From assembly GCF_009914755.1 (NCBI RefSeq), contig NC_060935.1: 64,000 nt of DNA. The stretch is one strand, 5' to 3'. How positions within the stretch are numbered: the first letter of the stretch is position 1; the number at the start of each line of letters is the position of its first letter. The position numbers were made by a program, and so were the translations under genes. Source of the DNA: the human T2T-CHM13v2.0 reference genome, Homo sapiens. The notes under the pieces were generated by a model. That model was not told the DNA's origin, made no database searches, and saw only the letters and a list, made by a program, of their open reading frames with translations. Positions 44,120-58,158 of the stretch are shown one piece after another.

Positions 44120-44340
44120 CATGGGCTGGAGCTGTGCCTCAGAACACAGCTTTGGCCTCAGATCTGAATTCCATGCCCAGCTCTTCTCCTTGCCAGCTGG
44201 ATGACGTTGGGCAAGTTACTTCACCTCTCTGGTCCTCAGACTTCTCATCCAAACAAGGGCATGTGACAGAATGTACAACTTATAAGGTGGTAGTGAGGGT
44301 TAGACAGTAGCATCCAACACCTTAGCACTATGCCTGTTAT
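44120..44340 (+). mobile_element. MIR whose tail abuts the TGA/TGG array
   Basis: CCAGCTGGATGACGTTGGGCAAGTTACTTCACCTCTCTGGTCCTCAG...GTGAGGGTTAGA...CCTTAGCAC. Confidence 0.7.
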
Positions 44341-44367
44341 GAAGGAAGAACTGGTGTCTGCTGCAAT

Positions 44368-45632
44368 CATGATCATGATAATGATGGTGGTGGTGGTGAT
44401 TGTGATGATGAGAATAATGATGGTGGTGGTGGTGACAATGATGACGATGGTGCTGATGGTAATGGTGATGACAGTGAAGATGATGATGATGATGGTGATG
44501 GTGGTGATGGAGGTGATGACAATGATGGCGATGATGGTGGTGGTGATTGTGATGATGACAGTAATGATAGTGGTGATGGTGATGACAATGATGATGATGA
44601 TGATGGAGGTAGTGATGACAGTGATGATGATGATAATGATGGTGGTGATGATGGTGTTGATGATGGTGGTGGTGGTGATTGTGATGATGACAATAATGAT
44701 GGTGGTGGTGGTGACGATGATGATGGTGGTGGTGATGGTGATGATGATGGTGGTGGTGATGGTGATGATGATGATGATGGTGGTGGTGGTGACGATGATG
44801 ATGGTGCTGGTGGTAGTGGTGTTGACAGTGATGATGATGATGGTGATGATGATGGTGGTGGTGATGATGATGATGGTGGTGGTGATGGTGATGATGATGA
44901 TGGTGGTGGTGATGATGGTGATGATGATGATGATGGTGGTGGTGGTGACGATGATGATGGTGCTGGTGGTAGTGGTGATGACAGTGATGATGATGATGGT
45001 GACGATGGTGGTAGTGGTGGTGATGATGATGATGATGATGGTGGTGGTGATGGTGATGATGATGGTGATGATGGTGGTGGTGGTGATGATGATGTGGTGG
45101 TGGTGATGATGATGATGATGATGACGGTGGTGGTGGTGATGATGACGATGGTGCTGGTGGTAGTGGTGATGACAGTGATGATGATGATGGTGATGATGGT
45201 GGTGGTGGTGATGATGATGATGGTGGTGGTGATGGTGCTGATGGTGATGATGACAGTAATGATGGTGGTGGTGATGACAATGATGATGATGATGGAGGTG
45301 GTGATGACAGTGATCATAATGATGGTGGTAGTGGTAATGATGGCATTGATGATGGTGGTGGTGGTGGTGGTGGTGGTGACGGTGATGGTGGTGGTGGTGA
45401 TGACAATGATGATGATAAAAATGACAACAATAATGATGATGACAACAGTAATAATGATGATGGTGGTGGTGGTGATGACAATGGTGATGATGGTGAAGAT
45501 GGTGGTGGTGGTGATGCTGGTGACAATGATGATGATGATAGTGATGGTGGTGGTGATGACAATGATGATGATAAAAATGACAATAATGATGATGACAACA
45601 GTAATGATGATGGTGGTGGTGGTGGTAGTGGC
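44368..45632 (+). repeat. 1.26-kb complex (TGA/TGG)n trinucleotide array
   Basis: Visible directly; in triplet phase throughout except one break near 45094. Confidence 0.97.
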
Positions 45633-45849
45633 GACTGATATCACCCTTGCTGCCATCATTCAAGAGACCAGGGTCACTTTCTCAAATTGATGAAACACAC
45701 TGTAGTCAGGAGGTTGCAATGAGCACACAGACCTTGAATCAGAGTTCTGTTCCAGGCTTCTTACCAAGTGCTGAGCCTTTCTGAGCTGCGGATCCTGCAC
45801 CTCCCCAGCTCTCGACTCTCCAAAGGCCCTGCCTGGTCTGGCACTGCCA

Positions 45850-46675
45850 CTGTGCTGACCTCACATCCCAGGGCGTTTGCCTTTCACTCACCACCACCCA
45901 CACTGGCCACCTTAACACCAGGTCCTCAAACACCAGGTGTGTTTCCACCCCAGGGCCTTTGCACTTGCTGCTGCCTCTTCCTGGGACACTTTTCCCCTGT
46001 ATCCATGAAACTCATGGCCTCCCCTCATTCAAGTCTCTCTGCTCAAATGTGACCTCCTCAGTCAGGTGTGTCCTAAGTCCTCCTCAGGATGACAGCAACA
46101 CACTCCACTGGACACTTTCTATGCACTTTGCCTGCTTCGTCTCTCTTCACGGTACTCATCACTCCCAGACAAACCATATGTAGATTCTTTTTAACTTATG
46201 ATGGGGTTACAGCTCAATAAACTCATTGTAAGTTGAAAATATTGTTGAGTCAAAAATGCATTGAGTATGCCTAACCCACCAAACATCCTAGCTTAGCCCA
46301 GCCCACCTTACCGTGCTCCAAATGCTTACATTAGCCTACAGCCGGGCAGAATCATCTCACACAAAGCCTATATTATAATAAAATGCTGACTAGCTCATGT
46401 AACTTATTGAATACTGGAAGTGAAAAACAGAATGTTTGTGTGGGTACCCGAGGTACAGTTTCTACTGAAGGTGTCTCGCTTTCGTGCTTTGACACATTTG
46501 TAAAGTTGAATAATCCTCAGCGGAACTACCGCAAGCCAGGGCCCATCTGGGTTGGATGGCTTTTCATTCATCAAACTGCAAACACTTAAGCCACATGGAG
46601 GTGGGGACTCTGTTTTCCCCCAGCATGTGGAACAGGATCTCGCACACAGTAGGTCCGCAGTCTGTAATTGAATCA
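45850..46675 (+). mobile_element. L2 fragment split by MER47
   Basis: CCCCAGGGCCTTTGCACTTGCTG...CTGG, TCTCTGCTCAAATGTGACCTCCTCAG and GCACACAGTAGG. Confidence 0.7.
46181..46549. mobile_element. MER47A-like (Tigger family) MITE
   Basis: ACTTATGATGGGGTTACA...TAAGTTGAAAATAT; CTTACATTAGCCTACAG; ACACAAAGCCTAT; AAGTGAAAAACAGAATG; GTTTCTACTGAA; ends CCATCTG. Confidence 0.8.
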
Positions 46676-47812
46676 ACAGCAGTTGCCATTTCTGTCACCT
46701 GGAAATAGTGACAGTCAGGTCTGGGCAGGAGGCACTGTTGTGGCCACGTGTGCCAGGGCAGGGGTGATTCCAGGGAGGTGAGGGATGACAGTGAGCTTCC
46801 TAGGGGTGGAACACGCCCTTCTTGCTAGTGGGGAAAGGTGAGGTGGTGCTTGCCTGCACTGGACGTGGTTAAGCTGCCACCACGGAGGCGCATCCTTAGA
46901 GCACAGCTTTAGGCACATCATAAAGATCTTCGTCTGTAGAAAGCCATTTCAATATTTGTGTTAAGTCATCTGGGTTTTGGGTCTCTGTGGTTTTTTGTTG
47001 GTATTCAAAATAATTAAAGTACACCCGTGGGTTTTTTAAGAAGCATTTTCTTTTTGTGATCTTAGAAAATCGATTTCAATAAAAGTTAAGGTACTACTGA
47101 TTTCCCTCAGAAGAAATAGATCCGAATAAGCGCCAATTCTGGTTGCCAAAGGGAGATGAATACATTTTAAAATCTGTCAGGTGTGACCCGAAGTGTCTTT
47201 AAAGATGAGTCTGTCACATTTAGGCCCTACTAACTGTTGATAATTAGCAGGCAGTGCCTGGGGATTTAATGTTTATTTCAAGGGGGACCGCTGGGTTCAG
47301 TCCCCTCCCCGCTCCACCAGGCGCCTTTCTCTGATGCTGAGCTAAGGGTAAGGGCAGGTGCCTGTGCACCTCAGTCCATGTCCGGATGTCAAGCCCAGAG
47401 GTCCAATTCTGAAGTCCACACTCTGCCACCCCAGGGACAACATGCTGACTTCACTCCCCTCCTGACTGGCTCCTTCTGCCCTCCCCCACCCCCAGTTCTA
47501 CTGCCTGATCCCTGACAGGCCAGCACTGAGACTTTAAAATGACTCAATTGATGGTCTCTCCTGGACAGACACTCCCTCAGCTCCATCATGTCTGAATCCC
47601 CAAAATCCAGCTCCTGAGTCTTCAGGCTCCCCAACCCCCACCACACCCCAGAGCTGAAGCTTCCCCTCCTTCTCCTAATAGGGCCTCCTTCCTCCCTGTC
47701 TGGGTCTTGAAGGGCGCGAGCATAGCAGGGGCAGACTTGGGTCCTCTGCTCCGTGCTCTGACAGATCGTGGAGGTGGGACCGCCTCTCTGTCAAGCCAGA
47801 TCCTAAGTTTCT

Positions 47813-48116
<304 letters not shown>

Positions 48117-48659
48117 TAAGTTTCTTGAAGGCAGGGCTCTGCTGGGTCCCTGGCAGCCCCTGTGGGTGCTCGATGCATGAATGGCACAAGCTTCACTGGG
48201 GTGATGGGTGAGCAAATGAGGCACGAGCAGAGCCTTCCATGCCTGGTGGTGGGGTTGTCCTGTGGTGCTTTCCCTCCTTTGCAGGCAAAGGGGCACCCTC
48301 TTCCCTCTGCACACAGGCCTGCTCTGCGCAAAGATGAGGCCTCCCCCATGAGCTGGGCCTGTGCAGTTGCCCTGCCCAGGGGAGAGCTGACTCATTCACA
48401 GCCCTCAAAAGCCCACTCGGCTCATTTGCTTCAAGAGCCATTTGTAGGGGGTGTTTCCTGGGGCCAAGTGCTGCTGCCAGCTGAATTGACTGGTGCTGGC
48501 TGCTGGCAGGGAGGAGTCTCCACCCCCAGATGACCTCAATCCTTTCTCCCAGCAAACTTTCAACCCACCAGTCACTGTAGCCTGATCAGGGTCAAAGCCA
48601 TGAAGGTCACGGCCACGGCACAGGCCTCTGAGGGCGCCCAGGTGCTCTGGAGGGACAGT

Positions 48660-48980
48660 GTGTGTCCCGCTTCCTGCAACGACTGTAACAAATTTCCACA
48701 AACTGGTGGCTTAAGACAGCAGAAATGTGTTCTCCCACGGTTCTGGAGGTGAGAAGTCTGGAATGAGAGTGTGAGCAGGCCACACTCCCTCTAGAGGCCC
48801 TGGGGCAGGGCCCTTCCTGCCTCTTCGAGCTTCCCGGGCTCCAGGCGTTCCTCAGCTTGAGCTGCATCACTCCAGCCTCTTCCTCGGTCTTCACTGGGCC
48901 TTCTCTCTCCTCTGTGTGTCTGTGTCCTGTGTCCAAATTTCCCTCTTCTTATAAAAACTCCACTCATTAGATTAGGGCCA
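48660..48980 (-). mobile_element. MLT1 (B/C-like) LTR, partial
   Basis: CTGTAACAAATTTCCACAAACTGGTGGCTTAAGACAGCAGAAAT...GTTCTGGAGG...AGAAGTCTG and CCAAATTTCCCTCTTCTTATAA. Confidence 0.8.
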
Positions 48981-49407
48981 CTGGAGGAGTGGGTCAAGAG
49001 GGCACTCCCCTCTGGGGAAGGCAGGCTGGCACAGCTTTTTGGAGGGAGGCAAATGGCTCCTAGGTGGTGCCACCAGGAGGGGTGGGGAGGGTACCTTTGC
49101 TCAGGGCAGAGGGAAACAAAAGCAAAAACCAAGTCCTGCTTGTGGGAGGCCCTGGCCCTCTCAGGGAAGCGAAAGTTGCTCAGTCTCCAAAAACACTTGG
49201 CCTGAGATGACCGAAGACGCCTTGGGGGCTGCAGCCCAGGCTTATTGCTTTGGAAGTCACCGGCTGTGGGAAATTGGCATCTGGAGCCGAGAGCCAGCCA
49301 GGGCTGCTGATGTGGCTGCCGGGGATGAGGACTGGGCAAAGGTATCGGGTTCTCCCTTCTCAGCCCATAAACCGGACTCCTTGAGCCCAGACTGTAGCTC
49401 GGAGCTG

Positions 49408-49845
49408 CTATGTTGGTTTCCTGGGGCTGCTGTAACAAATGAACACACACTTAGAGGCTGAAAACAATAGAAATTCATTCTTTTCAGCCCTGGAGGTCAG
49501 AAGTCCACAGTGAATCTTAGGGGGTAAAACCAAGTCATCCGCAGGACTGGTCCCTTCACAGGCTCCGTCCCTGCCGCTTCCAGATTCTGCTGGTGTCAGC
49601 GACGCTGGGCTGGTGGCTGCATTACCCAGCTCTCTGCCATGTCCTCTCTGTCATCAGCTCTCCTCTGCCTCTTGTGTTACAAGGGCTCTTGTGGTGACAT
49701 TAGGACCCACCCGAATAATCTCCCCATCTCAAAGTCCTTAATGTCATCATATCTATTAATACAAAGCACTTTTGCCACGTAAGGCCACACAGTCACAGGT
49801 TCTGAGGATGGGAACATGGACATCTCTGGAGGCCAATATCCAGTC
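49408..49845 (-). mobile_element. MLT1 (C-like) LTR
   Basis: GTTTCCTGGGGCTGCTGTAACAAAT..., ATAATCTCCCCATCTCAA and CACAGGTTCTGAGGAT. Confidence 0.8.
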
Positions 49846-49909
49846 GATGGCCACCCCTCCACCAGCTGGAAGGATCCCACAGAGGCAGAAGGAAGAGAAA
49901 CACCCCCCG

Positions 49910-50605
<696 letters not shown>

Positions 50606-52622
50606 GGTGAGCCGTTGAGGGCCAGAGTGGGGACCAAGAGACTGGTGGGAGGGAGGGACCTCGTGCCCAAGCCAGGGGGATGAGGGTACAGAGATGAGCA
50701 GGATAGTCTCCAAAGACCCCTTCAGTGCTCTGAGGCGCAGTGGCTGTCACTGCCGCTGTCACTACAGGTGTTGACCGGGCACCAGGGCACACCTGAGCAC
50801 TGGCCAGGCCGCCAGCCGACTCTCAGGCATCAATTTCCTTGGATGCTTCCGACGTACATCCACACTGGCCAGCAAGCCTCCTCTGGCATCAGGGAGTGTC
50901 CTTCCTGCCTGCAGAAGCACCTTGAACTCCCGGGGCCCAGGGAATCTGTGTGGCACCGGTCCCCTCACTGGCACCCAACCCCCCCTCCTCACGGTCCATC
51001 ATTTACTCACTGCTTCGTTGGACATATTCACTGTGGCTACTCTGTGATAGGCCCTCTGCAGGGTGCCAGACACTCAGGGAGAGGACAGACGTGGCCCCTG
51101 CCCATGAAGCTTGCAGTCCAGGGAGGAAGGAGGAGGCAGGAAAGGACCTGGGCTGTTAGAACCATTTCCAACTGTGGTCTGTGCTGTGAAGGACGGAAAT
51201 GCAGGATGAGGTAGTGGGTCCTGGGAAGGCTGGGGCAGCATGACCCCAGATTAGGTCTGATCATCTCCTCTGTCAGGAGAGAAGCAGTCTCATTGTGGAC
51301 GGACTGCAGGCCCAGGGCTGGGAAGGGCCTGGCAAGTTTGAGGACCAGAAAAGAGACCCCAGTGATGGTCGTCGGGGAGAGGCGGGTGCAGGCAGGTGCC
51401 CCTGGGAGAAGCTGGGAATCTACCTCAAAGGCCCAGGGCAGCCTTTTCAAGTAGCTGAAGAAGCTGGTGTGATTCTGTCTGGAGAGGACTCCCTGGGTGG
51501 GGAGAGGAGATTAGTGGGAAGGGAGCAAAAAAGATGGGAGAGTGAGCAGAGGGAGGCGGGAGAGGGGGGGGGTCTCTGAAGGGTAGAATCCGCAGAACCC
51601 ACTGTGAAGGGGTGGGCAAGGGAGGAGCCCACAACAGTGTCTGAGTGGCCAGTGGTGCCGTTTACTGAGACGAGGCCCCCGGACTGTGGCTTCTGCCCAT
51701 CTGGAAGAAGGAAGAACAGCTCCAGGGTCCTTGCGCTGATTTAACCTCATCTGTTCATCTGGGTGTGAAGGAGAGCTGCCTTTTTTGTCTTCAAATTGGG
51801 AAGATGATGCAGGTTCTTTGTAAAAGAAAAAACAGAACACATAGGAGGAGGAGGGAAAGAAGTGGAGGGAAAGAGGGAAAGTAGAAGGGTGGATGGAGGG
51901 AGAAAGAGAAGGAGGGAGAGAGAGAAGGGAGAAAGGGAGGAAGGAGGAATAAATGAACAGAAACTGAACCACCACAGAAGGAATGAGTGAAAGCCTCCCT
52001 GGGTGAGGACCAGGCACACGGCGTGCCCGGTTCCCTTATGGATGCTCTTTCACGTGGTACAAATTTGCACAGGTCCCTTTAACGACATCTTGTGATCTTG
52101 TGTCTCCAGCTCGATGGGTGTGAGCCAGGGAAAGACAAGAGCTCGGTGATGTAGATCCAGGGGTCAGGCTCCGGGTTTGGGGCCTTCACGGGGCGGTTTC
52201 ACTTGATCTTCTCATCAGACCCTGCCAAGGGACCTGCTTGCTCCCGTTTTCCTGACAAGGAAGCTGAGACTTGGGGAAATGAAGTCATTTTCCCAAAGCC
52301 ATAGAAGGCGCAGGTGGGACTGGACCCAGCTCTTCTCTGTGGTTCCAACAAACCCTCCAAGATCGAGAGTCTACATCAGCAAAACCCGCTTTCATTCATG
52401 ATTCACTTCGCCACTGAGTGCGTATCTGTTCCACTCCTGCCTATGAGGGTCTGTGGGAATGTGAGGATGAATTCCACCTCAGTTCCCTCCAGGCTCCTGC
52501 CTTGGGTCTCTGATATCGTGTTGCACTATGATGCTTCTGTGTCCCCTCCAGCCTGAGGCGTCTATGAGGACAGAGAATAGCTTTCTCTTCTCCCTGTGGC
52601 CTTATGGTTAGCACATGCCTGG

Positions 52623-53116
52623 TGCATAGTAGGTGGTCGGCAAAGCTTTGTTGGATGGATGGCTGCAGGAGCACATGGATGGGGGATGCCTGCCTTCAAG
52701 GAACTCACAGATGTATAGAGCAGGGGATGGCAAACTCCCATCCATAGGCCATTTGTATAAATCAGACTTTATTGAAACATGGCCATGCTCATTCATTCCA
52801 TATTGTCTGTCTGCTTTTGCATTAGAGTGGAATCATTGCCAAGAGGCCAATACAGGTTCGCTTCGTGGGTATGTGACCTGTACAGTTGTATAGTTGTATG
52901 GGGTCTGTGTCACCATCTTGAACATCTGCTGTCACTATCTTGACCATCTGCTGTCACTATCTTGAAATAAGTAAGAATTCATACAAATGGCCTATGGATG
53001 GGAGTTTGCCAACCCCTGCTCCGTACATCTGTGAGTTCCTTGAGGGCAAGCATCCCCCATCCATGCGCTCTTGCAGCCATCCATTCAACAAAGCTTTGCC
53101 AACCACCCACTACGCA
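52623..53116. repeat. Inverted repeat with 140-bp arms (52623-52762 / 52977-53116), ~91% identity
   Basis: Manual alignment to the reverse complement gives about 12 mismatches and no indels. Confidence 0.95.
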
Positions 53117-53238
53117 AACCCTGTAATTTCATTGCGCATGGAGCCCCACCCATTACGTAGCAGGTCCTCTGCATATGAACCATAAAGCCTAAAAATCTTA
53201 CCATCTGGCCCTTTACAGAAAAAGTCAGCCGATACCTA
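52721..53238 (+). mobile_element. MER58-like hAT-Charlie MITE containing a nested MER91
   Basis: TIR CAGGGGATGGCAAACT; TTTATTGAAACATGGCCATGCTCATTCATT; AAAGCCTAAAAATCTTACCATCTGGCCCTTTACAGAAAAAGT. Confidence 0.75.
52853..53168 (+). mobile_element. MER91-like hAT MITE nested in MER58
   Basis: CAGG...GCTTCGTGGGTATGTGACCTGTACAGT; TCTGCTGTCACTATCTTGAAAT; TTTCATT...GCCCCAC...ATTACGTAGCAGGTCCT. Confidence 0.65.
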
Positions 53239-54548
53239 GCCTAGAAAATCAAACAGGCCCCTGACTTATGACAAATTCAAGCTAGAAAGTGCCACATGCT
53301 GTCGGGAGGGGCAGGCACAGTGTCTCAGGAGTCTGCAGGACAGAGAAACCCCTCATAGCTGAGGGGCTCAGGAAGCTTTCTAGACGTGATGACTGCAGCA
53401 GCCCTGGGCACCTTGAGGCATCCGGCGGTTGGGTGGAAGACACAAATATGGACAGACCACAAGGGCAGCTCAGATACCACCATGCCAGGAGAGGGAGTCA
53501 ACCTTTCTTCTTTCATGATCAAAGCAAAGTATGTAAAAAACCAACAAAAATTATTCATCTAGAAGAGAAGAGGAGCAATTATGCATTGATTTCTGTCCAC
53601 CTGCCCTGGCATTTATTTTGCTGTTGTAGCCGCAAGCTTGGATGGTCTCTACTGCAGGAGAGGGGCTGGCTGCAGGCACTGCATATACAGAGGATATAGG
53701 CAAAGGGCATCAGAAGGAGAAAATCCCTGTGAGGATGAGCAGAGAGCTAAGGCACTCTTCCCAAACCCCCCACATAAAGAAGCGCAAGGTTCTGCACAAG
53801 TGATAGTTTAAAATATTGGGGCTTTTGCACTTAACGCAAAAGACAAAGACAAAAAAGAACATTTGAACACACAGGGGCAGCCAGAGGCAGGAAAGCCTGA
53901 ACAGAGCCCAGCAGGGACTCTGCTTAGTCAATATTTGCTGTATTGACAAACTATTGTTCTTGCCGCATCCCAGACCAGGAAGGGGCAGAACAACAGGATC
54001 TAGTGGGCCACACCTTCCTCTCTGCAGCCAAGTGGGCTCCTATGTTGGGGGACCCCATGGGACTCGGTGCTGTTAGACACTCCAAGGACCAGGGGTGCAG
54101 TGGTACCACAGCCCCTCTTGGCCAAGCCTCCTTTTCTTTCCTGGAAATCCCCAGTGGGGCTGTGCACAGGGAAACAAGGTGCTGCTTTCCAGCCAGCCGA
54201 GAGCTATGACCCGTGGAGCTGCCTGGCAGCGGGACCAGGGCTAGTGTCAGGTCCAGCCCTCCAGGAGGATTGTGTCCACCCATGCAGACATCAGCTGCCG
54301 ATGGCCAGCTAGGAGTGTGTTGGGAGAAGACTCAGCAGCTGAGCGTGTGGAGAGAAAAGGAAGGGGCCAAGCCCTGCGCTGGCGAACTTTTCACTTATTA
54401 TGACCCTGCTTTTTTTTTCTTTAAGCAAAACCAAAATAATAATTCATTACTTTGTAGATTATTTCTTCTTTCTATACATATTACCTGACCTTTGTCCTAT
54501 TCTTGCAAATTCTCAACCATTTTAACTGGTAGCCCAGTAAGCTGTTGC

Positions 54549-55068
54549 TATATATATATATATATACTTTAAGTTCTGGGATACATATGCAGAACGTGCA
54601 GGTTTGTTACATAGGTATACAGGTGCATTGGTGGTTTGCTGCACCCATCAACTCATCATCTAAGTTTTAAGCCCTGCATGCATTAGGTATTTGTCCTAAT
54701 GCTCTCCCTCCCCTTGCTCCCCACCCCCTGACAGGCCCTGGTGTGTGAGTGCCCATGTGTTCTCATTGTTCAATTCCCACTTATGAGTAAGAACATGCGG
54801 TGTTTGGTTTTCTGTTCCTGTGTTAGTTTGCTGAGAATAATGGTTTCCAGCTTCATCCATGTCCCTGCAAAGCATATGGACTCATTCTTTTTTATGGCTG
54901 CATAGTATTCCATGGTGTATATGTGCCACATTTTCTTTATCCAATCTATCATTGATAGGCATTTAGGTTGATTCCAAGTCTTTGCTATTGTAAGTAGTGC
55001 TGCAATAAACATACATGTGCACGTGTCTTTATAGCAGAATTATTTATCATCCTTTGGGTATATACCCA
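54549..55068 (-). mobile_element. 5'-truncated L1PA (L1PA7/8-like) 3' end with a (TA)n tail
   Basis: ATACTTTAAGTTCTGGGATACAT...CAGAACGTGCAGGTTTGTTACATAGGTA and ATGGCTGCATAGTATTCCATGGTGTATATGTGCCACATTTTC; remnant ORF2 C-terminus MFIAALLTIAKTWNQPKC. Confidence 0.92.
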
Positions 55069-55069
55069 G

Positions 55070-55933
<864 letters not shown>

Positions 55934-57032
55934 CTGTATGTGGTTTTTTACATGCCTGCCTTTCTCTCCCGAGGCTGGGGCCATGTCTCAGGCATGTCTG
56001 TGTGCTCAACATCTCAGGCAGCAGCTGTGCCTGACTGTCACTCAATAAACATGTGTGCAACGAACAAATGAATGACTTGTAGGGTTCCTTCCTCTCTCAT
56101 CTGTCGGCCTTTAGTGCCATCCATCTTCCCTAACACAGAAGTCCCTGCCTTCAAGAGGTACACCCAGGTGGAAGTGCCTCTCGGAACTCCACCCTGAGAA
56201 ATCCAGCTTAGGCGGCCCAGCCTGTTTTGCTCCTCCTGATTGAGATTTGCAGGCAGGGAAGGACAGGTGTGACAGGGACCTGGGCAATACTCAGTGGAGC
56301 AGGGCAGGTGGGGGTTTGGAATTGGTCTCAGGAGCTGTTGGGAACTGTGGAGAAAGAGAAGAATTGGGATTTGGGAATAGTTAATGTATAGGGGTGGTTG
56401 GAACAAATGAGCAAGATATGATTACAAATGGGGCTATGGAGGACCAAGCTCACCTTCTGAGGACACCACACGCAGAAAGCAAGCAGAGAAAGGAAAGGCA
56501 GGAGACCATCGCGGGGCAGAGGGAGGCCCAAGCATGAAGGTGGGTCACAGACGCCAAGGAAGGACCCAGGTGGCCTAGTGGGAAAACACAACCTTCAAGG
56601 GCAAGCCAGCATGGATGCAAACCTGCCTCTACTGCATGACAGCTGAGGGGTCCCTGGGAGAGGCGCTCCCTGAGCCTCAGCTTTGACTTCTGAAAAGGTT
56701 GCTTGAAGACTTGAAACTCTATACCCGAAGCACCTCATGGAACAGCTGCCAGGAAACCCGGTTTTTTCTGCTTGTTGAGTACTCACTAGGCGCTGGGCTC
56801 TGGGCAAGTAGTTTACCACATAGTCATTTGACTCTCACATCAACCCCTGGGATGAGCACAATTACTGCCATTTGCAGCTGGGGAAACTGAGGCAGGTAAG
56901 AAACTTGTCTATGGTCACTCATCTTATTCCATGGCAGGGTCTTGAATTACAACCCAAGGAGAAAGCAGTGAACTGCTACTCCTGCTGCAAAGAAAAGGTG
57001 AGTGAGCATGAGGATTAAAACGTGACTGTCGT

Positions 57033-57095
57033 GGCCAGTCGCAGTGGCTCATGCCTGTAATTCCAGCACTTTGGGAGGCTGAGGCAGGAGGTTTG
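57033..57095 (+). mobile_element. Alu 5' part (split by the ERV)
   Basis: GGCCAGTCGCAGTGGCTCATGCCTGTAATTCCAGCACTTTGGGAGGCTGAGGCAGGAGG, then an abrupt switch to LTR sequence. Confidence 0.9.
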
Positions 57096-57595
57096 TGTGA
57101 GGAATGGAGAAGTTCTTCTTCAAAGTTTCTTAAAACCATAAAGAGCTTGTCATTTCTTTGCTCTATGCATATCTATATATGTTCCAATGCAGCTGCTCTG
57201 ACTTGACCTGGCATTCTTGGACAAGGTTAAGCAAGACCCAGACCATAGTGCATGCCATTCCTTATTTGGAAACCCTCCTGACCCTCTCATGACTAGCTTC
57301 CTCTTTTCTTTGTTCTCTTTCCCCTTTGCCTATTTAGAAAAGTTTCAAGCTGTTAGCCAATCGGGTCAAGCTTAGAATGTGAGGTCCCATTCCGACCAAT
57401 GGAAATGTGACACAGCCATAGGACAATTGCATCAGGTTACAAAGATTATAAACATCCCCATCTCCTTTGTTCGGGTGTGCTCTCACGGCAAGACTGCTAG
57501 TGAGCAGCACCCTTTCTGCAGAAAGTAAACTAGCCTTGCTGAGAGATCCTTTGTCTCAGTGTTGATTTTGCGACACCGAGCACCCATTTCCAACA
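57096..57595 (+). mobile_element. ERV1 5' LTR, LTR10-like (HERV-I/HERVIP10 group)
   Basis: TG...CA termini; CCAAT at ~57357 and ~57396; TATAAA at ~57447; AGTAAA poly(A) variant at ~57524; followed directly by a PBS and gag. Confidence 0.85.
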
Positions 57596-57598
57596 ATT

Positions 57599-57616
57599 TG
57601 GTGGGCCATACAGGGA
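57599..57616 (+). promoter_or_regulatory. Retroviral primer-binding site, tRNA-Ile type
   Basis: TGGTGGGCCATACAGGGA versus the tRNA-Ile(AAU) 3' complement TGGTGGCCCGTACGGGGA: 15/18 match, two mismatches are CpG decay. Confidence 0.8.
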
Positions 57617-58158
57617 CTCTGTTTCCCCTCTGGGACAGTCCTTGGTCCTCTCTTGTGGGGAGGTGCCCTGCCACCCTATTGCAGTGGCCCCCAGGGAGAG
57701 AGCCAGGACTTACCTGGTGCAAGAAACACATTTGGATTCTCAGCAATGCAGGGGAGAAGGAGAGACTTTCAAAACCGCAGGACCAGAAGACCTCGTGCAT
57801 GAGCCAAGGTAGGAAAAACCTCAGAGGAGCAGTAAAGTACTTCCTTGATGGTCAGTTCTCGAAGGGAATGTGTGTATGAGTGAATGGTTTCAGTTAAGAC
57901 AGAGTGAGTGTGAGAGGAGTGTGTATAACCTTCGGGAGAGAAAATAGAAGGGGGAAGGGTTATCTCCCAGGGAAAAAGCAATACAGGAGAAAAAATGGAA
58001 GAGAGAAAGGTTATCTCTCAGGGAAAAAGGATACAGGCAAGATATTTCTGGGGTAAGAAATTTAGCCTTAAAAAAGCCATTAAGGATAGGACAGGCAAGA
58101 CATCCCTGGTCTGGAGGATCTGGGGGATTGAGTCTGCTGGGAAAGGTTTTCATCCAAC

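Noticed and set aside
44245-45690. Long ORFs (472, 428, 326 and 258 aa; poly-His, Thr/Ile, Met/Val)
   Set aside because: They are produced by a trinucleotide array that lacks stops in several frames on both strands; no splice or domain evidence
54770-55012. 80-aa ORF resembling a real protein
   Set aside because: C-terminal remnant of L1 ORF2 in a 5'-truncated L1PA
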